Below are positions 48,383 through 55,179 of a stretch of DNA of 64,000 nt, piece by piece. The first letter of the stretch is position 1. Every line of letters starts with the position of its first letter. Origin of the DNA: Bacteroidaceae bacterium (lineage in GTDB: Bacteria; Bacteroidota; Bacteroidia; Bacteroidales; Bacteroidaceae); the NCBI GenBank assembly GCA_024398695.1, contig JAKSIR010000001.1:15767-79766 (forward strand), written 5' to 3'. The position numbers and the translations under genes were made by a program. The notes under the pieces were generated by a model. The model had not been told where the DNA came from and made no database searches. It worked only from the letters and a program-made list of their open reading frames with translations.

Positions 48383-48883
48383 ATGAAAACTATTACAATT
48401 GGGAAATTGAATTGCGACATAATAATACAGGATAATTATGTCAGCCGTAAACATGCCGAGATATCCCTTATTGATGGACAGTATGTTTATCGAGATTTAA
48501 GCAAAAATGGCACAACCATTAATGGGCGTGTATATCATAACGAAAAAGTCGTCATTGCACCTGGAACACCTATATTTTTAGCCAATAAGGTGCCTCTACC
48601 TTGGCCTCAGGTATTGATGCTCCTTCCAAATTCGGCCATTAAAGTTAATAATAACAACTGCATAGATGAAAGTACAGTCCCTCAACCCAGACCTCAAGAT
48701 GACAGCATCGGCGCTGGATGGGGGGTACTGTCATTTGTTTTCCCAATTGTTGGTTTCATACTCTATTTTGTTTGGAAAGATTCTGAACACAACAAAGCGA
48801 AACAGGCGGCAAACATTGCTTGGATCAGTATTGCTATCAGCTTTGTAATAGGATTTATCGGTGGTTTAGCCGGAGCTCTTTAA
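48383..48883 (+). CDS. FHA domain protein with two-TM C-terminal anchor
   Basis: The 166 aa product has an FHA domain (IGKLNCDIII...VSRKHAEI...DLSKNGTTING) and the anchor IGAGWGVLSFVFPIVGFILYFVWKD...IAWISIAISFVIGFIGG. The anchor is paralogous to that of the preceding kinase. Confidence 0.8.
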   Translation: MKTITIGKLNCDIIIQDNYVSRKHAEISLIDGQYVYRDLSKNGTTINGRVYHNEKVVIAPGTPIFLANKVPLPWPQVLMLLPNSAIKVNNNNCIDESTVPQPRPQDDSIGAGWGVLSFVFPIVGFILYFVWKDSEHNKAKQAANIAWISIAISFVIGFIGGLAGAL

Positions 48884-48904
48884 TAAGATTAAATACGAGA
48901 TGTT

Positions 48905-51900
48905 ATGATAGGAAAGGAAATTCTTAATTACAAAATTACCTCTCTCATTGGAAAGGGAGGAATGGGAAGTGTATATTTGGCCCAAAACAAATATATACAG
49001 CAACAAAAAGTTGCAATCAAAATCATTAATGCAAATATGATTAATGATTTTACACGTCAAACTTTTGCAAAAGAAGCTGATAAACTGGCGCGACTCAATC
49101 ATCCAAATATTATTCACTTCATCAACTATCATATTGATGATGAGGGTAATATATACTTGATTATGGAGTATGCTGATGGATATAGTTTGGAAGACTACAT
49201 TAAAAACGTCTCTGGGCTCATCGTTGAAGAGAAAATCTGTTCGTTCTTTGAGCCGCTGCTTGACGCATTCGATTATGCACATAAGAACAACATTATTCAC
49301 AAGGATATAAAGCCAGCGAACATTATTATTACAAAAGAAGGGACTCCTAAAATACTTGATTTCGGAATATCGGAACTTTTGAGTGAGAATGGATCCGATG
49401 CTGAAAAGGATGTGATAATGGGTACACCTTCATATATGAGCCCTGAGCAGGTTAAGGGATTATGCTTAGATCAGCGCTCTGACATATATTCACTTGGCGT
49501 TCTTCTACACCAGATGCTTACGGGCAATCCACCATATGATACAACTACTCTGACAGAGCATGAAATCTACAAGCACGTTGTTGATGATGAACTTCCGAGA
49601 ATGAAAGCATACTACAAGTATGTTTCTGATAAGGTTCAAGCAATTGTTGACAAAGCAACAAATAAAAAACCAGAAGCACGATATGCTTCTTGTGCGGATT
49701 TTAAGAAGGCGCTACATAACGCTATTTACCCGCCAAAAGTATCGAAATGGGCGAAAATCAGCATTGCGTCAGCAGCTGCTATTATAGTTGGTCTCAGTAT
49801 ATTCATTTGGGATTATAATAGAGTAAAAGTCTCTTATTATAAGGATTATGCAGAGCAATGGAGCATACCACAAGGTATTGGAAAAATATCAGGTTCGGAG
49901 AGAAGTCATACCCATAGAATGTATCGGTTCGAATCGAAGCACTACAAACTCCAGAGGGTTTCTCATGTGAATAGTATAGGCACAATTATTCCAGATGGAG
50001 AATCTGAAAGATATGAGCGGCCTCTTGATATGATATTCTATTATAACGATGATAATCGTCTGAATCGCATTAAGGTTCGAGACCATAATGGACAGGTTCT
50101 TTATATTAAGTCATTTAATGAAAAGCTGAATACCGTCATCTTTCAATTCGATGATGAATACGGCACAGAAAAGACAATAGGAAGCCAAACAGTCGGCTAT
50201 ACTCATGCCTTCGATGAAAATCAAGACAAGAGCAAAATATCCAGATACCTTCTCGAATACGATGATAAAGGCTTTATAAAAACTCTACGATATGCTGGAT
50301 TCCAAAACATAATTGTCGGTGATGCAGATGGAATATATGGGAAACAGTATGTTCGCGATAGCAAGGGTCGAGTAATAGAGGAATCATATCTAGCATTCGA
50401 TGGCTCACCTAAAGCCACCAAATGGGGTATGGGTAAGAAACTGTTCTCTTACGATGATGATGATAATTGGATTTGCTCCAGGTATCAGACAATCGATGGT
50501 GAACCATGTTTAGACGATTCGGATGGAACGGGTATGTGTGAAAATGAATATGATAAATATGGAAATGCGATTGCTCAATATTTCAAAAACGCAGATGGTC
50601 ACCTTATGATCACTGGGAAACAAGGAACAGCAGGAGTTAAGACGGAATATGATGAACACGGATATATTTTCAAACAGTCTTTTATTGGGATTGATGGTAA
50701 TATAGAATTTTCCGCAAAACAAGGATTTGCATCTTGTATTACAGAATGTGACGAGAATGGGTTCTTCAACAAAATGGAATTTCTGGATGCTTCAGGAAAC
50801 CTTTGCCTTACGGATAACGGCAACTCCAGCGTGAAAATGGTCAACGATTCCAAAGGAAATGAACTGGAAAGATGGTTTTATAATTTAAATGGAGAGTTAG
50901 TACTCAATTCGGAAGGATATGCGGGAATTAAAAGTGAATATGATTCATTGGGACATCCAATTAAAACCACTTTCTATGGAACAGATGGCGAACCTTGTGA
51001 ATTATCCTCAGGATATGCTGGATGGATGTGCGAATACGATAAAATGGGAAATGTTATCAAGCAATCATATCTTGACGCACAAATGCTTCCCACACAAGAT
51101 GAAAACGGTATTTGTTTATTTACTATGGAAAGGGACTTACGTGGTAATGTTACAAAATATCTGTTTTATAACGAAAAAGGTGAGCCAACATTGAGCCGTG
51201 AAGGTATTGCCGGTATGGAATTCTCCTACAACGATGGAGGAAATGAAATTGAACGTCGCTTCTTCAACATAAAAGGGGAACCAACCAAAGGGTATTTGGG
51301 ATATGCTAGAAGAACCCATACATATGATGAAATGGGACACGAATTAAGTGACAGGTATTATGGACTGGATGGAAACCTAATCCTTGTTGATGGCATTGCT
51401 GGTACCGATTATAAGGTTGACAGCCATGGCAATATTGTAGAAGATATGCCTGTAGGATTAGACCAGAAGCTTGCATCAGGAAGATTATTAGCACGTTATA
51501 AGTACGATAACAAGGACAACATTATTGAGTACGCTTTGTTCAACGCATCAGAACAACCAGCGACAAATAGTTATAACTATCATAAGTATTCACAGAAATT
51601 CAACTCCAGAAACCAATGTATTGAAATCTGTTATTACAATACCAAGGGAGAACTTACTAACTATAATAATTACAATTATTGCATTCAGCGGACAGAATAT
51701 AATGAAAAAGGCCAATCAACAAGGATATCATATTTTGACAAAAACAACAATCCCGCTGTTTACTATGGAGATAATGATGGTGGTTATTCAAGCCTATCAT
51801 CCGAATATGACAATTACGGTAGAGTAGTACGTCAGTTCTTCTTTGACAAAAACGGTGCCCCTACGGATCCCAAAATAATGGTGCCTGAAGGAGCCGTTCA

Positions 51901-52684
51901 ATATGATAAACGTGGAAATCAAATTTATCTTGCATCTCTTGATGGGAATGGTAATCTGATAATGAACCCTAAAACGGGATGGTCCTTCGTCAAGAGCGAA
52001 TATGATAATCATGACAACCTTTTATGGTCTGCCTATTTTAATGACAAGGAAAAGCCAATACGTAGCAAAGATGGATATCATAAGATTGTGTACACTTATA
52101 CCGATGCTGATATGCCGGAGAGCGAGTCATATTATGACACCGATGGTAACGCTATGATTGTAAATGGCTATCATAAAGAACAATATAAGTATAATGATAA
52201 CCAACAATGCATTGAGATACAATACCTTGGCACGAAGGGAGGGCAAGTGAATAATGCATATGGATTCTCAAAAATAGTTTTCACCTACAATAGTGATCAG
52301 ACGAAACGAGATAGGAGGCGTTTCAATGCTTCCGGGACAATGCTGCTTCAGGAACAGTATATAAATGGGGAGTGGGTCGCTATTAAGAATTGGCAGAAAG
52401 ATGTTTCCGATCTTGCTGATGAGTTGCCCGTTGATCTTGGCGATGAGGCTGATAATCTCGTAATCGAATCAATCAAAATTGTCAGTTCAACACTCGTTGA
52501 AATCGTGATGACAACTCCAAAATCAAAATACGATATGGCTAATAGTACTATCGATACTTATTGCCAAGTTCTTGAGGTATTTACACAAAATATCAAGGAA
52601 CAACTCGAAATTCCTCGAAGTGTTATAGTAAAAGGTATCTTGAAAGATACGAAGGGACGTATTTTATCAACCATTAAGAAATAA
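48905..52684 (+). CDS. Hanks-type Ser/Thr kinase - TM - giant YD-like repeat ectodomain
   Basis: The 1259 aa product has GKGGMGSVY, VAIKII, HKDIKPANI, DFGISE and SYMSPE. A TM helix lies at aa 283-302, followed by about 820 aa of tandem repeats and a 107 aa non-repeat C-terminal domain. Confidence 0.88.
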   Translation: MIGKEILNYKITSLIGKGGMGSVYLAQNKYIQQQKVAIKIINANMINDFTRQTFAKEADKLARLNHPNIIHFINYHIDDEGNIYLIMEYADGYSLEDYIKNVSGLIVEEKICSFFEPLLDAFDYAHKNNIIHKDIKPANIIITKEGTPKILDFGISELLSENGSDAEKDVIMGTPSYMSPEQVKGLCLDQRSDIYSLGVLLHQMLTGNPPYDTTTLTEHEIYKHVVDDELPRMKAYYKYVSDKVQAIVDKATNKKPEARYASCADFKKALHNAIYPPKVSKWAKISIASAAAIIVGLSIFIWDYNRVKVSYYKDYAEQWSIPQGIGKISGSERSHTHRMYRFESKHYKLQRVSHVNSIGTIIPDGESERYERPLDMIFYYNDDNRLNRIKVRDHNGQVLYIKSFNEKLNTVIFQFDDEYGTEKTIGSQTVGYTHAFDENQDKSKISRYLLEYDDKGFIKTLRYAGFQNIIVGDADGIYGKQYVRDSKGRVIEESYLAFDGSPKATKWGMGKKLFSYDDDDNWICSRYQTIDGEPCLDDSDGTGMCENEYDKYGNAIAQYFKNADGHLMITGKQGTAGVKTEYDEHGYIFKQSFIGIDGNIEFSAKQGFASCITECDENGFFNKMEFLDASGNLCLTDNGNSSVKMVNDSKGNELERWFYNLNGELVLNSEGYAGIKSEYDSLGHPIKTTFYGTDGEPCELSSGYAGWMCEYDKMGNVIKQSYLDAQMLPTQDENGICLFTMERDLRGNVTKYLFYNEKGEPTLSREGIAGMEFSYNDGGNEIERRFFNIKGEPTKGYLGYARRTHTYDEMGHELSDRYYGLDGNLILVDGIAGTDYKVDSHGNIVEDMPVGLDQKLASGRLLARYKYDNKDNIIEYALFNASEQPATNSYNYHKYSQKFNSRNQCIEICYYNTKGELTNYNNYNYCIQRTEYNEKGQSTRISYFDKNNNPAVYYGDNDGGYSSLSSEYDNYGRVVRQFFFDKNGAPTDPKIMVPEGAVQYDKRGNQIYLASLDGNGNLIMNPKTGWSFVKSEYDNHDNLLWSAYFNDKEKPIRSKDGYHKIVYTYTDADMPESESYYDTDGNAMIVNGYHKEQYKYNDNQQCIEIQYLGTKGGQVNNAYGFSKIVFTYNSDQTKRDRRRFNASGTMLLQEQYINGEWVAIKNWQKDVSDLADELPVDLGDEADNLVIESIKIVSSTLVEIVMTTPKSKYDMANSTIDTYCQVLEVFTQNIKEQLEIPRSVIVKGILKDTKGRILSTIKK
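49900..52360 (+). repeat. about 20-25 tandem repeats of roughly 30 aa (protein level), consensus G-[YI]-A-G-x4-EYD-x2-GN-x-I-x3-[YF]-x3-DG-x-P
   Basis: Example units include YAGIKSEYDSLGHPIKTTFYGTDGEPCELSSG, YAGWMCEYDKMGNVIKQSYLDAQMLPTQDENG, IAGMEFSYNDGGNEIERRFFNIKGEPTKGYLG and YARRTHTYDEMGHELSDRYYGLDGNLILVDG. The count is by eye and the DNA-level identity is low. Confidence 0.8.
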
Positions 52685-52688
52685 ATGC

Positions 52689-53573
52689 ATGAAACGATTA
52701 TTATTTAGTTTGATTTGTTGTTTTTTACTTGTGTTCTCCTCCAAAATTGCTGCAGAAGATAACAAATTATCATCTGAGCAACTTGCATTGCGTTCAGAGG
52801 TAGTAACGTTTCTAAAAGAAGAAGGGTTTATGCCTGATATTGACTCTGACGGAGATATCGTATTCAAGATTGAAGGGACAAAATATATTGTCTCCATTTC
52901 TGATACTGATGAAAATCCTATGTATTTATCATTTTATGCATCTTTCAGCTATCCATCCGATTACACTTCTGATGTAGTTCTTATGGCATCAAAAGAACTA
53001 AATAGATACAAAGGTGTAAAAGTAACTTGCTATGATAGTTCATTCAGGATTTCATGTGACTTATATCTGCGAGATGCTGAATCCTTCAAGGAATCGTTCT
53101 ACAAAGTGAAATCTCAAATGTCATTAGTGCAGTCTGATATTCTAGATGAATGTAAAAATGTATCATCCGGTTTGGGGTCAATTTCCATATCTGAAATCCC
53201 TTTTATTATTACTAAATTGGAGGTTGCAAATATTGATAATGACGGAACAATAATACATGACTACGGTTCTACTATATATGAATATAAAACGCAGTATTTG
53301 AAACCCCGTATCACAATCAAACCCTACAAAACTTCCGGGTCTGTAAAATTATACATCAAACTGTATAAGAATAACGAATTGAAGAAAGGCTCATCTTCCC
53401 CTGATGATTATTCTTATTCTGATACAATAGAAATCAATGGCTCGTCTAGTCAGACATTTGTGCTTTCGGGATGGGGATCCGATACTGCTGGACATTGGCC
53501 TGCCGCAACATACAGATTTGAAATTTGGTATGGAACTTACTGTCTTGGTAGCAAGACATTCAAGGTTATCTAG
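52689..53573 (+). CDS. secreted two-domain protein (YbjN-like N-domain + beta-rich C-domain)
   Basis: The 294 aa product has the signal peptide MKRLLFSLICCFLLVFSSKIAA. The N-terminal half (VVTFLKEEGFMPDIDSDGDIVFKIEGTKYIVSI) resembles the YbjN / T3SS-chaperone-like family, recalled from memory. The C-terminal half is beta-strand rich and ends YRFEIWYGTYCLGSKTFKV. Confidence 0.55.
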   Translation: MKRLLFSLICCFLLVFSSKIAAEDNKLSSEQLALRSEVVTFLKEEGFMPDIDSDGDIVFKIEGTKYIVSISDTDENPMYLSFYASFSYPSDYTSDVVLMASKELNRYKGVKVTCYDSSFRISCDLYLRDAESFKESFYKVKSQMSLVQSDILDECKNVSSGLGSISISEIPFIITKLEVANIDNDGTIIHDYGSTIYEYKTQYLKPRITIKPYKTSGSVKLYIKLYKNNELKKGSSSPDDYSYSDTIEINGSSSQTFVLSGWGSDTAGHWPAATYRFEIWYGTYCLGSKTFKVI

Positions 53574-53574
53574 T

Positions 53575-54825
53575 ATGAGAAAACTTGTTATCTTGCCAGC
53601 AATCTCTCTTTTTCACTGCTTATTTTGTTATGGGGCGGAGAAAACCGGCAAAAAACCGGAACCATACAAGTTTGAGACAATAATTGAGAATCCTGTTACA
53701 CCTGTAAAGGACCAAGCATCAAGCGGTACCTGCTGGTGTTTTAGTGGCATCTCATTCATAGAGTCTGAAATACTCCGTACTACCGGTGAAGAATACGATT
53801 TGAGTGAAATGTTTGTTGTGTCAAATGCTTATTATGATAAAGCACTTAAATACGTCAGACTACATGGTAATCTTAGTTTTGGTCCAGGAAGTTGTTTTAA
53901 TGATGTTCTATACGTGCTCAAGAATTATGGTATTGTGCCGGAGAATGAAATGACAGGACTGAATTATGGCACTACGATGCATTTTCATTCTGAGATGGAT
54001 GAGATACTGAAAGCCATTGTTTCAGTTATTGTCAAAAATCCAAATCAAAAAATTACCCCCGCTTGGAAAAGGGGATTCAGGGCTATGACAGCTGCATATT
54101 TAGGCGAAATTCCAACATCTTTTATAGCCAACGGAAAAGAATATACGCCAAAAAAATATATGGAATCGCTGGGTATAGATTTGGATAATTATGTTGATTT
54201 GTCATCCTGGACTTATTCCCCATTTTATGAAACAATAGCCTACGAGGTTCCAGACAACTGGCGTGGTATCAATACAATGAATGTCCCCATTGACGATATC
54301 ATTACCATAATAGATAATGCTTTAGAGAACGGATACACTGTTGCGTGGGCAAGTGATGTGAGTGAAGATGGCTTTACATCAACCGGAATCGGTGTTGTTC
54401 CAGATATGGAAAAAATTATTAATGGTAGCGATTATACTCGTTGGATAAAAGACAATAATACAGAAGAAACTCTGCCGATTTTCTCCATAACACCTTGTCC
54501 AGAATTGAAAATAACTCAAGAAATGCGGCAAGATGCATTTGATGACTACTCAACAACTGATGACCATGGAATGCATATATATGGGAAAGCAAAAGATCAG
54601 AATGGTACAGAATACTATATTGTTAAGAATTCGTGGGGAAAAGCAGGCTCATATAATGGCATCTGGTATGTTAGCAAGGAATATGTACGCTATAAAACGA
54701 CAAACATTGTCGTAAACAGGAATGCTATTCCGATTGAAATTCGTGAGAAATTCAATTATTACAACAATACAGTGAATTCGGTAACCGTCCAATTTCCACG
54801 TCTTGACGCGCCTTCGCGCATCTGA
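53575..54825 (+). CDS. secreted C1-family cysteine peptidase (aminopeptidase C / bleomycin hydrolase-like)
   Basis: The ATG at 53575 lies 1 nt after the upstream stop and begins a signal peptide (MRKLVILPAISLFHCLFCYG). The catalytic Cys motif is DQASSGTCWCFS, and the His/Asn region is DDHGMHIYG...IVKNSWG. Confidence 0.8.
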   Translation: MRKLVILPAISLFHCLFCYGAEKTGKKPEPYKFETIIENPVTPVKDQASSGTCWCFSGISFIESEILRTTGEEYDLSEMFVVSNAYYDKALKYVRLHGNLSFGPGSCFNDVLYVLKNYGIVPENEMTGLNYGTTMHFHSEMDEILKAIVSVIVKNPNQKITPAWKRGFRAMTAAYLGEIPTSFIANGKEYTPKKYMESLGIDLDNYVDLSSWTYSPFYETIAYEVPDNWRGINTMNVPIDDIITIIDNALENGYTVAWASDVSEDGFTSTGIGVVPDMEKIINGSDYTRWIKDNNTEETLPIFSITPCPELKITQEMRQDAFDDYSTTDDHGMHIYGKAKDQNGTEYYIVKNSWGKAGSYNGIWYVSKEYVRYKTTNIVVNRNAIPIEIREKFNYYNNTVNSVTVQFPRLDAPSRI

Positions 54826-55106
54826 TTGGAACCGCATTTTTACCGGATGCTTACGTTATTTCCAGGGTTGCTCTTTTGCCAATATGTCCTTGACAAGAAA
54901 GAAGAATGTTCCAAATAGATGGTTGAGCCCCTTTACCGTAGGCATTTTGACATTTTCCTTTGACTTCATCTTGTTGCCGGCAACGGTACTGAGAGCCAGC
55001 ATGATTTCAAGGCTGAATTTTACATTTTTCGGTAAGCCTCCGACGAAACATTTCAATTTCAATCAAACCGATGAAAAGAGTGTAAATAATAATCCGGAAA
55101 TTCCTA

Positions 55107-55114
55107 TAAATTTG
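55107..55114 (+). promoter_or_regulatory. Bacteroides-type -7 box (TAAATTTG) upstream of asparaginase
   Basis: This is an exact TAnnTTTG match about 66 nt upstream of the ATG at 55180. Confidence 0.3.
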
Positions 55115-55179
55115 CAGGACATTCCCATCCTGTCAAGGATAGTAAACAGTATGGAATTCAGATTAAACAACTCATCAAG

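Larger units (their letters stand above)
42075..55100. other. low-GC compositional island (hicAB + structured leader + FHA/PP2C/kinase/protease operon)
   Basis: Hand counts of single 60-nt lines gave 30% (42241), 38% (43201), 30% (46201), 38% (50041) and 33% (54001). Flanking lines gave 63% (39001), 52% (55261) and 57% (58501). Boundaries are approximate, and no integrase, tRNA or flanking direct repeat was seen. Confidence 0.6.

Noticed and set aside
43151-48883. The FHA/PP2C/kinase genes considered as a type VI secretion threonine-phosphorylation pathway or as the actinobacterial FhaA-FhaB-PstP-RodA-PbpA-PknA-PknB cell-division cluster.
   Set aside because: The window has no Tss/Hcp/VgrG genes and no RodA/FtsW or penicillin-binding protein gene. 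The domain architectures also differ: tethered protease, two-TM anchors and YD-like ectodomain.
53437-53574. The upstream 46-codon extension of the C1 peptidase ORF (track start 53437).
   Set aside because: It overlaps the 3' end of the preceding gene in another frame. The ATG at 53575 gives a proper signal peptide directly after the upstream stop.
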